DNA of 64,000 nucleotides from a virus (lineage: Duplodnaviria > Caudoviricetes): the IMG/VR virus record IMGVR_UViG_3300021411_000006, positions 1 through 64,000 of that record; one strand, written 5' to 3'. Shown here piece after piece: positions 55,403 to 63,991 of the stretch (position 1 is the stretch's first letter; each line of letters begins with the position of its first letter). The position numbers were made by a program, and so were the translations under genes. The notes below the pieces were generated by a model. The model saw only the letters and a program-made list of their open reading frames with translations, was not told where the DNA came from and made no database searches.

Positions 55403-55870
55403 ATGGGCCTCGATCCGTTTCCGCAACCGAAGTTTTTGAAGGACTTTGAACCCGTCAACCAGTTCGGCTTACCTCACTCCACTTACTCCGCGATGCTACT
55501 CATCGCCCAAAAAGTCGTCGATAATAATCCGGTCTATGTCGCTTCGTCTCTCGTCGATGCCGCCAATATTGCTACGAACGCTTCCCTCGGTACGGATTAT
55601 TATGTCACGCTTGGAGGTAATAGAAACATGAGCCTGCCAACTAATCCAGTTGCCGGTAAGATCATTCGCTATTGGATCACCCAGGACGCAACCGGTTCCC
55701 GGACACTCACCTGGAATGGCGGCTTCCGTTTTTCCACTGGCCTGGCCTCTCCAACACTCACTACTACCCCTTCCTTCATGGACCTGGTAGAGTTTGAGTA
55801 CAGCGGATCTTACGCAACCTGGGATTGTATCCGGATCGTCAAAGGCTTCGACGCTACTACCCCTCCATAA
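55403..55870 (+). CDS. fibre-tip-like beta-sandwich protein, antisense to the late operon
   Basis: VTLGGNR..LPTNP..G...YWITQDATGSRTLTW...PTLTTT....DLVEF fibre-domain pattern. Confidence 0.75.
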   Translation: MGLDPFPQPKFLKDFEPVNQFGLPHSTYSAMLLIAQKVVDNNPVYVASSLVDAANIATNASLGTDYYVTLGGNRNMSLPTNPVAGKIIRYWITQDATGSRTLTWNGGFRFSTGLASPTLTTTPSFMDLVEFEYSGSYATWDCIRIVKGFDATTPP

Positions 55871-56019
55871 CAAAGAGCTAAAAACTTTTATTAAAAACAG
55901 CTTCGTGGTTTTTCCACAAAGCAAACTGGTGCCTGGCAATTCTCAGGTTATAGCGCTTACCGATAAGGTTCAGCTCCCATCCGTTCCCAACACCGTGTTT
56001 AAAAAATCTTATTTCCATA

Positions 56020-56763
56020 TTACTTAGGCGCTGCCTGTTTATTTCTATTCAGGATACGTTTTACATCATCGACAGTTAACCCGTTCAGCCTGGCCCGCAA
56101 TACCCGATGCTTACGGTTAAACTCTTCGGACTCCGGGCTTAATGGATTATCCCTGTTAGGACTTCCCTTCCAAAAAACATACGCCTCTATACATTGCTGT
56201 GCATAAGGGTGTACTCTCGTTGCCGCATTCGGAAGGCTGGTGCCATCGCTGATATACTCCAGAATGATGTAATCCGTTTGGATCTGCTCACTCAGCTGGA
56301 TCTCTCCGCGCTCCCGCAGGATCTTGTAACCATCTCTCAGGTTTGATCCCCGGTATCCAAAGCCACGTCCAATAAACTCACCGTTATCGTTTACAACAAT
56401 ATCTGCCTGAGTACTGAAAAAGCTGGCCGTGTCACCTTCAAAAGAAGTGCTGGCGTAAGTAATTACATTGCCATCATCGTCCAAATTACTGAGCCGGTTC
56501 AGTCCATTGTTTTGTACCAGTGGCTTTATCATTTGCCCGGCCACAAGGCCCACTTTCACCTTATCAACAAAATCGCATGGTAGCGGTGCCCGGCCATAAG
56601 CATCGACGGGAATTTTCCTTGTCTGCACCGTCAGCAGTGATCCGAAGTTTAACTCCCGCAGGCAGTCAGCAGCATACTTTAAGTACTGGAAGTACCAGTG
56701 AATGCTATAACCCTTTTGGTTCAGCACTGACTTGACTATATGGTTCAGCGATGTGTACTGCAT
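56020..56763 (-). CDS. tail ring/connector protein
   Basis: 247 aa with LPCDFVDKVKV motif; upstream of the nozzle. Confidence 0.7.
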   Translation of the reverse strand: MQYTSLNHIVKSVLNQKGYSIHWYFQYLKYAADCLRELNFGSLLTVQTRKIPVDAYGRAPLPCDFVDKVKVGLVAGQMIKPLVQNNGLNRLSNLDDDGNVITYASTSFEGDTASFFSTQADIVVNDNGEFIGRGFGYRGSNLRDGYKILRERGEIQLSEQIQTDYIILEYISDGTSLPNAATRVHPYAQQCIEAYVFWKGSPNRDNPLSPESEEFNRKHRVLRARLNGLTVDDVKRILNRNKQAAPK

Positions 56764-57416
56764 TACCTGGTTTGTTGGGTTTGAGTTTCTGCTACAGGAT
56801 CTACTTTATTTTCCGGAGTTGCCTGCACTCCCAAAATTTGCAGGACACCGGTAATGACACTTGTTTCCATATCTGCCGGTATAGGTAATGGATCGTAATC
56901 TGAAAGGGCAGAAACGTCCATTACCACCAACCGGATCATCACCTCTTCAATAGCAGGCGACGCCTCAAGCAAATTGGTTTTGAAATACACCTTATTCCCG
57001 AAGACCTCGTATGCCACTTGTCCCAATACATCGCTGATAAGTGGCTCTTCCGATACCATCTGGTAAAGCCCGGAGGGGATCGGAATAAAAGAAGTGAAAG
57101 GATCTACTGTCGATCCGATATGAAAGACTCCCATATTTTTTGGTAACCTGATCGGCACTGCCGGTAAAGTCACCTGGGAGAAATCGTCTTTGTATGCCGT
57201 AACCTCTACATTATCATAAGTGGCCAGGACGTAACCGTTAGGCACGATATCGCCATCACTCATCGCCTGGTAGTGTTCCACCTTCAGCAGTTTGTTAATG
57301 ACCTGGCCCACTAGCTCCACTACTTCCGGCTGTCTCACTTTGGAGGCATTCGGCAAGTCGCTGCCTTTAAGGATACGCAGGATCTGCTCTGTTATTTTAA
57401 ATTTTGTTGTTGGCAT
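56763..57416 (-). CDS. tail ring/connector protein
   Basis: 217 aa, TAATG overlap with the downstream gene. Confidence 0.65.
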   Translation of the reverse strand: MPTTKFKITEQILRILKGSDLPNASKVRQPEVVELVGQVINKLLKVEHYQAMSDGDIVPNGYVLATYDNVEVTAYKDDFSQVTLPAVPIRLPKNMGVFHIGSTVDPFTSFIPIPSGLYQMVSEEPLISDVLGQVAYEVFGNKVYFKTNLLEASPAIEEVMIRLVVMDVSALSDYDPLPIPADMETSVITGVLQILGVQATPENKVDPVAETQTQQTR

Positions 57417-57766
57417 CAGGAGACGATAGCGCTGTTAAGCATTACATTAGTTTGGAGTGTACCGGCATTGGTAAGCTTTACCCGGTAGTACCTGGTCACG
57501 ATAAATACTGTAAGTATATTCGGTGTATCTGCAACCAAAGTGCTGGAGGCTGCGGTACGCCAGGTAGATCCATCGTTACTCATCTCAATTTTAAATCCCG
57601 CTGTCGCACTCACATGCGAAGACACACACATGGCTGTAAACATCGATCCACCGAAAGGATTGACATTCCCATCGTAAGCATCTGTATCCCTGGTGGTTCC
57701 TGTAAACGCAGCGTCACCGGCAAGCGGAGTAACAGTATCGTTAAAATAAACTCTCTTTGTAGGCAT
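57416..57766 (-). CDS. small structural protein (beta-sandwich)
   Basis: 116 aa; IEMSNDGSTWR...TRYYRVKLTN. Confidence 0.65.
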   Translation of the reverse strand: MPTKRVYFNDTVTPLAGDAAFTGTTRDTDAYDGNVNPFGGSMFTAMCVSSHVSATAGFKIEMSNDGSTWRTAASSTLVADTPNILTVFIVTRYYRVKLTNAGTLQTNVMLNSAIVS

Positions 57767-57777
57767 GGTTTAAGGTT

Positions 57778-58440
57778 TTATACGTTCATCGCTGGCAGTT
57801 CTACTCCAGCTTTTTGTAACATTTGGTTATCCAGGTTTATTCCCATCAGGTTGATCGCGTAAAAGACCACTTTATTCAAGTATGGTTCTGTCCACTCCAG
57901 CTGAGTGCTATTGCCGCTGTCGTAAGTGATCGTGCGACCGGTTTGCGTATATCCAAACACAGGCGCAACCGGGCGGCGGAAAAACCGCAGCGTACCAGCA
58001 TGTATTTGCTCAGGGTAAAATTTAAAAATTCCAGGCCCTGTCTCCAGGGCAATCGGCTGTGTGCTGGATGGTGTAAGCAGCTGGGAGTTTCTGCGGGACG
58101 GCAACTCGTCTTCTTTTATAATTTCAACCGGCCACCGGCGCGGCTGACCGGTCCCAGCATCGACTACTGAAACATCGACCCCTATGAGTTGGTTGTAGTT
58201 CAGGTTGCTGGCGACCGTGTACACGCCGCTGCCATTGGTAGCGAAGTCGAGCGCAGTCGCTTTAAAAGGAGCCATCGCTTCATAAGCCTCTATGCTGGTC
58301 GCATATTCGGCGCGGTACTTATTGAAAGCCCACATCGATGCGCGGTCCAAAAAGGTGTCGATGTCGGCAGGCGGGAAGTACCCGGCCTGCTCCTGGTCGA
58401 CAATTAGGTTTATGAAATTATGTATCTCGCTTATATTCAT
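57778..58440 (-). CDS. head-tail adaptor/ring protein
   Basis: IHNFINLIVDQEQAGYFPPADIDTFL..A pattern of Bacteroidota podovirus ring proteins. Confidence 0.7.
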   Translation of the reverse strand: MNISEIHNFINLIVDQEQAGYFPPADIDTFLDRASMWAFNKYRAEYATSIEAYEAMAPFKATALDFATNGSGVYTVASNLNYNQLIGVDVSVVDAGTGQPRRWPVEIIKEDELPSRRNSQLLTPSSTQPIALETGPGIFKFYPEQIHAGTLRFFRRPVAPVFGYTQTGRTITYDSGNSTQLEWTEPYLNKVVFYAINLMGINLDNQMLQKAGVELPAMNV

Positions 58441-58443
58441 TTC

Positions 58444-58920
58444 TTAAAGTGTTGTCGCCGTTACGCTCGTCCAGTCGCTGTCGGTATAACCAGTGGCCTG
58501 CGCTTTTACCCGGAAATAATATATTGTCGCTGTTGTTAAACCAGTCTTGTGAAGGTTACCCAGCGCGCCGTTATAAATTTCTACCGCGGTCCCGAACTCT
58601 TCGTCGGTATCCATTTCAACTACATAGTTTGTCCCGTGCAGTACCGCTGTCCAGGACAGATCAATAACTGTAGCGCTGATAACATGCTTATAAAGTGTCG
58701 GCGCGGCAAGGGTCGGATCGTCTTCGACAAAATCTGTCAGGCTCTTCCAATCAGCAGCCAGTTTGTTTGTAGCAGCACGGATATAAAGTGAGCCATCCAC
58801 GCTATTCACATACAAGGTGCCGACCGGGTAAGCAGCTGTTTCTTCGCATAGGCGGTCGCCGGTTACAGGTTCGCTGGTTCCGTAAAAAACTTTTTCTGTT
58901 TTTGTTATTGCAGTTGCCAT
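58444..58920 (-). CDS. fibronectin type III domain virion decoration protein
   Basis: APTL...SATVIDLSW..V...NYVVE...TGLTTATIYYFRVKA. Confidence 0.8.
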   Translation of the reverse strand: MATAITKTEKVFYGTSEPVTGDRLCEETAAYPVGTLYVNSVDGSLYIRAATNKLAADWKSLTDFVEDDPTLAAPTLYKHVISATVIDLSWTAVLHGTNYVVEMDTDEEFGTAVEIYNGALGNLHKTGLTTATIYYFRVKAQATGYTDSDWTSVTATTL

Positions 58921-58938
58921 CTTAATTTGTTTTTATTG

Positions 58939-59799
58939 TTACGCTACAGCGAGTAGCTGATCTTGTCTAACGAGCAAGTAATCTTTACCCCAAAAGTTAT
59001 ACTCCTGGGTTGTGTTCCGGTTCACGACTACAGTATCGCCGGGCTTTACACTTAGTGTAGGCTGGCCTTTCAGCGGAGTACCGATAGCTATAAGTTTTGC
59101 CTGTAGCTCGGTTTTCACTTTCTCCCGGACATCGCCATAGATCTCCAGCATGCCGGAATATTCTTTGTCACGCTCAACGCCTCCCCTGGGAGCCTCCAGC
59201 AAAGCATAGCCTCCGATCATTATCATCTCTTCATTACGCTTTGCGATATACGCCATCTGGTAATCTACTTTCCAGTATTCCTCACCGTCAAGGACAAAAG
59301 CATTTCTGTATTGGAAATTCGTCTCGCGGTCTGGCTTATACTTGCGGATAAACTCATTGACATGCTTGGCATCGCCTTCGGTATTGTCGAGGATTATCGC
59401 CTTCCCGTTCTCTTCCCGGAACAGGGCCGCGTCAAACTTTCCGTGCTTTCTATTGCGGCGGATCAGCTGTTTACCGTTCTGCGCGGTCCAGCTGGTGATA
59501 TAGGGATCAAAGGCAGGATCTTCGTAAAATAGTTCTGAAGCGTTGTCGCTTGCTTCCTGGTTGTAGACCACGCGATATGCAAAAGCCAGCTCGTCGCCGG
59601 GCTGCACTTCCATTGGTATTACTATTTTCTGTGGATGATTGCTGAGTCCTCGTGGGGTTGAAAGGACTGTACCCGTAACGGTCGCGTGGTAACCAGGACG
59701 GAATGCGGTATCAATAAAGAGTCCCCCTTCGCTGGTATCCTTAAATTTTTTATCCAGCTGAATAACTATGAAGTCTTCGGGACATACGGGTACGGACAT
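58939..59799 (-). CDS. tandem GroES-like co-chaperonin (two domains plus insertion)
   Basis: N: KDTSEGGLFID...GTVLSTP...VQPGDELAF; C: AKLIAIG...VKPGDTVVV...GKDYLLVRQDQLLAV. Confidence 0.75.
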   Translation of the reverse strand: MSVPVCPEDFIVIQLDKKFKDTSEGGLFIDTAFRPGYHATVTGTVLSTPRGLSNHPQKIVIPMEVQPGDELAFAYRVVYNQEASDNASELFYEDPAFDPYITSWTAQNGKQLIRRNRKHGKFDAALFREENGKAIILDNTEGDAKHVNEFIRKYKPDRETNFQYRNAFVLDGEEYWKVDYQMAYIAKRNEEMIMIGGYALLEAPRGGVERDKEYSGMLEIYGDVREKVKTELQAKLIAIGTPLKGQPTLSVKPGDTVVVNRNTTQEYNFWGKDYLLVRQDQLLAVA

Positions 59800-59818
59800 G
59801 GGGAAGGGTACGTTTGTA

Positions 59819-59885
59819 CAAAATTAATAGGTAAAAACATCGCGAAAATAGTTTTGGGGTTAATATTTCTAACCGTGTACTTTTG
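59819..59885. promoter_or_regulatory. divergent Bacteroidota-type promoters between the two GroES genes
   Basis: + strand: TTTG 59853-59856, 21-nt spacer, TACTTTTG 59878-59885; - strand: TAATTTTG 59819-59826. Confidence 0.75.
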
Positions 59886-59911
59886 CAGGCGTACCCTAAC
59901 TTGAAAAAAAC

Positions 59912-60163
59912 ATGACACCTATCGGAACAAAAATCCTCGTAGCTCCAATCGAGGGACCCAAAGAAAAAGTATCAGAAGGCGGAATTATCATTTCAGGCAA
60001 TGCCCTGAAGGAAAGTTATGACCGCGGAGAAGTATTGGCCGTATCGCTTGATATCGTTTGCCAGGTAAAAGTTGGAGATAAAATACTGTATGAGCCAGGA
60101 GCAGGCGCGCCGGTGGAAGGCGGGCTGTTGATGGATTACCGATCAGCGGTGGCTATACTTTAG
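59912..60163 (+). CDS. groES: co-chaperonin GroES (Cpn10)
   Basis: PIGTKILV...KVSEGGIII...RGEVLAV...VKVGDKILY. Confidence 0.9.
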   Translation: MTPIGTKILVAPIEGPKEKVSEGGIIISGNALKESYDRGEVLAVSLDIVCQVKVGDKILYEPGAGAPVEGGLLMDYRSAVAIL

Positions 60164-60345
60164 TTTTTTTTCTTCTTCCGAGGCCAGAAGGTCGCATCGA
60201 TCCCAAGTAGTAAGAAGGTAACACAAAGTGTTATTATCGGGTAATACCAGCGCAGTTCCCGGCCCGAAAACGAATAAAATAGATAGTTCCCGGTAGACAT
60301 AGCCAGGAACAAAACAGTTGCTTTGTAGATCTTTTCCATAAGTTA

Positions 60346-60534
60346 TTATTTAGGAATAACGAAGCAATACCCGTGAAAAAGAACAATTTCAAAATATTTT
60401 GCGTTCCCCTCCCGGAGGAGTTTGTACAGATACGAAGTAGTCACACCTTCACTCTTTGCGTATTCGCTTACACTGTAAACCACTTCGGGTAGGCTGGTTA
60501 CTACCCGGTATTTTTTAAGGCTTGCTTTTGGCAT
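60346..60534 (-). CDS. small HTH DNA-binding protein (excisionase-like)
   Basis: YSVSEYAKSEGVTTSYLYKLLREG. Confidence 0.7.
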   Translation of the reverse strand: MPKASLKKYRVVTSLPEVVYSVSEYAKSEGVTTSYLYKLLREGNAKYFEIVLFHGYCFVIPK

Positions 60535-60550
60535 CCCCTAAGATAATAAA

Positions 60551-60580
60551 ATAAGCCAGGCAATTTCTCACCTGGCTTAT
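60551..60580 (-). terminator. intrinsic terminator
   Basis: ATAAGCCAGG/CCTGGCTTAT 10-bp stem, then TTTATT on the - strand. Confidence 0.75.
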
Positions 60581-60638
60581 AACTACACTGAGGGAGACTT
60601 TGAATCTCGGAAAGTGCGGTTGGCACCACGAATATAAT

Positions 60639-60669
60639 AAAAAACCCCTTCACTGGGAACAGGAAGGGG
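60639..60669 (-). terminator. intrinsic terminator
   Basis: CCCCTTC/GAAGGGG stem, then T6 on the - strand. Confidence 0.75.
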
Positions 60670-60763
60670 TGCTAGTATCAGGCCAGGGCGAACATTGCCC
60701 ATCGGTGAAGATGTTTAATGTAGAAAAATCTGTCGCCAAACAGTCCACTAGCCTGTAGCTTTT

Positions 60764-61180
60764 TTAAGTTCCATATTTTATAATAGTCACTTTTAATTTT
60801 TCCGCTCTTGCCTTTTTAATCATATCCGCCGTCCCTATGCTTTTACCGTCATGGAAGGCTAGTAGCTCATCGCCGACCCTTGCCATCTGTCCGTTTCTTA
60901 TAGGCCCGGCATTCCTGCCGAACTTATCCCACTCCGCATCGTACAACTCCAGCTCAAAACCCAGCTCTCCAGCTACTCGCTCTCCCAGCCCGTCCGCTCC
61001 GTAGACCTTACGCCCATCGCTGCGGATGTGGGTAAGGGTCCCGACATCGCAACCGCCGCTGAGAATAATCAGCCAGGTGTCAGGTGGTAGCGCATTTTTC
61101 GCCATTTGTATATGTAGCTTTGCAGTCGTATAGTCGGTATAGTCCCTGCCGCCTGCGACGATTAATCGGTATTCCTTCAC
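60764..61180 (-). CDS. DUF2493/YspA-like SLOG-fold protein
   Basis: IVAGGRDY...SGG...GADGLGE...AEWDKFGRNAGPIRNGQMA...AFHDGKS.GTADMI. Confidence 0.85.
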   Translation of the reverse strand: MKEYRLIVAGGRDYTDYTTAKLHIQMAKNALPPDTWLIILSGGCDVGTLTHIRSDGRKVYGADGLGERVAGELGFELELYDAEWDKFGRNAGPIRNGQMARVGDELLAFHDGKSIGTADMIKKARAEKLKVTIIKYGT

Positions 61181-61548
61181 GGGCTTGCATTTTTATTCAA
61201 AAGTTCAACAATTAATTTTGCGTTAATCTCTGCCTGTTCTGCTCCCACTACTTCCGCGTCAAGAATGTTTTCGTCACCATAGTACGGACCGCTTTGAATA
61301 TTCCAAAACCAGGAATATTCAACAGCGAAGTATTGAGGGGTTTTTTGTTTTAAGAGTCCCTTTTGCTTCGCCCCGGCTCTGCATTCTGTTTCTGACGTTG
61401 TAAGACACCGCCACAATCCTTCTGGCCCTGGGGATACTTTACTCATAGCTCCATGTGTCTTACATTGCGGATAACCATTCACAAACTCGACCAAATCAAA
61501 GTTGCTGTTACCATCGTCAATCGGTATAAAGTCTTCTTTATCCTCCAT
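61177..61548 (-). CDS. hypothetical protein
   Basis: 123 aa, overlaps neighbours. Confidence 0.6.
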   Translation of the reverse strand: MEDKEDFIPIDDGNSNFDLVEFVNGYPQCKTHGAMSKVSPGPEGLWRCLTTSETECRAGAKQKGLLKQKTPQYFAVEYSWFWNIQSGPYYGDENILDAEVVGAEQAEINAKLIVELLNKNASP

Positions 61549-61969
61549 ACTGTTTTGCCATTTCAGGGTTTTCGTAAATATTCCCCAGGATCTTCAACCT
61601 ACCCATAAAGTCAGTACTGTACCATCCTTTCTTCGTCCAGATCCCCCAGCACTGGAGATCCAGGGTAGGATCGTTATTCCACTGGACCTCGCCGGTAATC
61701 ACATCTTCTTTTTTACCGGAGATTTCCGACATGTCCAGCTCAACGATATCGCCATCATAAACATAAAATCGGCCAGAGCCGTGATCCTGACTTATGCCGG
61801 TGTACTGCATCCAAAAGCAGCCGTCGAAAAAAGAAAAAGGGTAATTAAAGTGTTCCTCGTTCACTGTTACGAGCTGGTTTCTTTCTGAAAGCTCCAGCGC
61901 GTCTATTACCATTATGGATCTTCTTACATCCCAGGCCCTGAATTTTATCTCTCTCATATAAAGCTGCAC
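61538..61969 (-). CDS. YopX family protein
   Basis: MREIKFRAWD...MQYTG...YDGDIV...ILGNIYENPE. Confidence 0.9.
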   Translation of the reverse strand: MQLYMREIKFRAWDVRRSIMVIDALELSERNQLVTVNEEHFNYPFSFFDGCFWMQYTGISQDHGSGRFYVYDGDIVELDMSEISGKKEDVITGEVQWNNDPTLDLQCWGIWTKKGWYSTDFMGRLKILGNIYENPEMAKQYGG

Positions 61970-62187
61970 ATTATTTTAGGATCATCGCTTTCATCACGCT
62001 CCAGCCTTACCAGGCCCTTCAATGACAGCAGGGTATAAATCTCATTCACATCCCTGGAGCGCGCATATAGCTCCGAATCTGGCCGGGTCCCGTTTGCCCC
62101 GCTGTAAAACCTGCGGACGACAAACTCATCCGGGAAGTCAGCCGGGTGGTCGAAGACCGTGTAAATTATTAATTCATCGTCCTGCAT
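61954..62187 (-). CDS. hypothetical protein
   Basis: 77 aa; IYTVFDHPADFPDEFVVRRF. Confidence 0.7.
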   Translation of the reverse strand: MQDDELIIYTVFDHPADFPDEFVVRRFYSGANGTRPDSELYARSRDVNEIYTLLSLKGLVRLERDESDDPKIMCSFI

Positions 62188-62353
62188 TCCGCTGGTGCTT
62201 TATATAATAATAAAATTCCCGCGCTAAAATAAAGGTCCATCCGGAAGCGCCGATCAACCATAAAGATCCCAACTTTTCATCCGTCCGGAAAAGAGCGCAG
62301 CACAATAAAACCAGTGTGGCGCTTTTTACTATATGAACTTTAGCGCTCATCAT
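62174..62353 (-). CDS. small membrane protein (59 aa), absent from ORF track
   Basis: Hand translation MMSAKVHIVKSATLVLLCCALFRTDEKLGSLWLIGASGWTFILAREFYYYIKHQRNAGR; ATGA overlap with the upstream gene; fills the gap. Confidence 0.6.
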   Translation of the reverse strand: MMSAKVHIVKSATLVLLCCALFRTDEKLGSLWLIGASGWTFILAREFYYYIKHQRNAGR

Positions 62354-62706
62354 ACAACAACATCCCTTTTCTGGCTTCTCAGTTTGCGGTATCTTTTAAT
62401 GAGGAAAACGATCTCCAGCACCCAAGACCCAAACATAACAGCCCAGGCCCATTTTATCCACAGCAGACCCTTATAATGTAAAACTATAACCATAGCGGCA
62501 GCGCAAAGGGTGAGCGTTTTCAATATCGATGAAAAAATCATCATTCGTATCGCTCTCAGCATACTCTCTAAAGCTTCAACTGCCATATCAAGATCTTTTA
62601 CATACTGCCGTTGGGCATACTCGCAGCCGCGAATAAATTCGGGATGGGCATTCTTTGTTTCTCCGTTCAGGATAGCTGGTCGCGTATTTTTTGAGGTAGG
62701 TTCCAT
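62350..62706 (-). CDS. membrane protein (two C-terminal TM helices)
   Basis: IFSSILKTLTLCAAAMVIVL and WIKWAWAVMFGSWVLEIVFLI. Confidence 0.65.
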   Translation of the reverse strand: MEPTSKNTRPAILNGETKNAHPEFIRGCEYAQRQYVKDLDMAVEALESMLRAIRMMIFSSILKTLTLCAAAMVIVLHYKGLLWIKWAWAVMFGSWVLEIVFLIKRYRKLRSQKRDVVV

Positions 62707-63002
62707 TACGATCCTTTTTTATGAATGAGCGGAGCGTTTTTGGCTTTCCTGTCTGCAACAGGAAGACTTTGTTTTAAAGCGCCTCGCAGGAGTTCCAGCA
62801 TGTCTTGTTGAATAATGGTAGCGATGCCGACCAGTTCGGTAACACTAAAGCCATCATTGCGGCGCTTCCAGGTAGCAGTGCCGTCGCTGTAGTTAATAAT
62901 TTCAAAGGTGTGTGCCTTCCTGGCGACAACAGTCTTTTTCCCCTCAGCCGTTTTCTTTACCGCAGCGGCGTACTTCTTTTTGCGAGTTTTGCTTAGTGCC
63001 AT
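62706..63002 (-). CDS. hypothetical protein
   Basis: ATG at 63002 (MALSKT) inside ORF 62706..63134. Confidence 0.65.
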   Translation of the reverse strand: MALSKTRKKKYAAAVKKTAEGKKTVVARKAHTFEIINYSDGTATWKRRNDGFSVTELVGIATIIQQDMLELLRGALKQSLPVADRKAKNAPLIHKKGS

Positions 63003-63045
63003 GTTTATTTTAAGTTTAATCGGTGATAAGATACAATATTTATTT

Positions 63046-63426
63046 CTACCCTGCAATCTCGTAGACATTAATCGCTGTCCGCTTCGGGCCAAACTCTTCA
63101 AAGGAGATCTTACAGTCATGTAGTTCCTTTTCAAAGCCCAGCATCTTCATTACCTCTTCGACAACCGGAGTATTTGGAACTCTTCCAGGAGAATCCACGG
63201 ACAAGGACAAATGCCGGACCTTCCCGACTGGTTGTAGCTCAATAGTAAAAACGACCCTGTATCCAAATGGTAAATCAATATAGCGGTTCGGATCATCTCC
63301 GGGCGGCGGCTCTTCACCATTATGCTGATCCAGCAGGTAATCCATTGATATCGGATTGGCCTCGGCGTAATCCACGAGCTTTTGAAGCGCTCCCCTTATG
63401 CTGTCATCTATTATAAAGGGTCTCAT
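63046..63426 (-). CDS. hypothetical protein
   Basis: 126 aa; VVFTIE...RHLSLSV. Confidence 0.7.
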   Translation of the reverse strand: MRPFIIDDSIRGALQKLVDYAEANPISMDYLLDQHNGEEPPPGDDPNRYIDLPFGYRVVFTIELQPVGKVRHLSLSVDSPGRVPNTPVVEEVMKMLGFEKELHDCKISFEEFGPKRTAINVYEIAG

Positions 63427-63668
63427 TCGTTTTTTTTATATTTTAAGGTGTAATTGTTTTTCGGCTTTTTCGCTGTAAGATCCTTTACACCCATATTACC
63501 CTCGGTTAGATTTTGTAACCGGATCAGCATTTTAAATTTAGCCTTGTCCAGACATTTCCGGCAGTACGGATCACTGGGGATGTCAGGATCTAATACAGGC
63601 CAAAATGCTACGGCGGGTTTTCCGCAGCAACAACAGTTTAGGCTACTTGCTAACACTACTTTTTCCAC
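63423..63668 (-). CDS. small Zn-finger protein
   Basis: CCCCGKP...YCRKC. Confidence 0.6.
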   Translation of the reverse strand: MEKVVLASSLNCCCCGKPAVAFWPVLDPDIPSDPYCRKCLDKAKFKMLIRLQNLTEGNMGVKDLTAKKPKNNYTLKYKKNE

Positions 63669-63991
63669 GGTTTAAAATCATTTATATAATGATTAAGCGC
63701 CTGCCGGATAGTTTTCTTCCACTGCGGTTTTTCAACAAAGACGGTCATAGCCCCTTCAATTTTTTGTCTGCCGGTAACGACTGGCTGGTATCCATCACAG
63801 GTCACTGCAAACAGGCCGTTGTCATCGTAAACCAGGTTCGGCGCATGGCCAAACTCCGTTAAGGTCTCCAGCATAAAATCAACATCGTAGTCATACGGCT
63901 TTTTCCAGAATAGCCAAAGGACATCCTTTTCCACCTTATCGATGTCCGGGCTCTTTGGCTTTCTACTTTGCAGTAGCTTCCGCTGCTTCAC
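63656..63991 (-). CDS. hypothetical protein
   Basis: 111 aa ORF at the window end. Confidence 0.65.
   Translation of the reverse strand: MKQRKLLQSRKPKSPDIDKVEKDVLWLFWKKPYDYDVDFMLETLTEFGHAPNLVYDDNGLFAVTCDGYQPVVTGRQKIEGAMTVFVEKPQWKKTIRQALNHYINDFKPWKK

Noticed and set aside
55589-55599. Near copy of the late-gene motif (GTACGGATTA)
   Set aside because: Inside coding sequence (GGT ACG GAT TAT), not near a start codon; treated as chance
55370-56019. Invertible (shufflon-like) cassette around the + strand fibre-tip gene
   Set aside because: No flanking inverted repeats and no invertase seen; codon skew suggests long residence in this orientation
59912-60163. groES as a sign of host chromosome at a prophage edge
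   Set aside because: No groEL follows, and phage-type genes (YopX, DUF2493) continue beyond it
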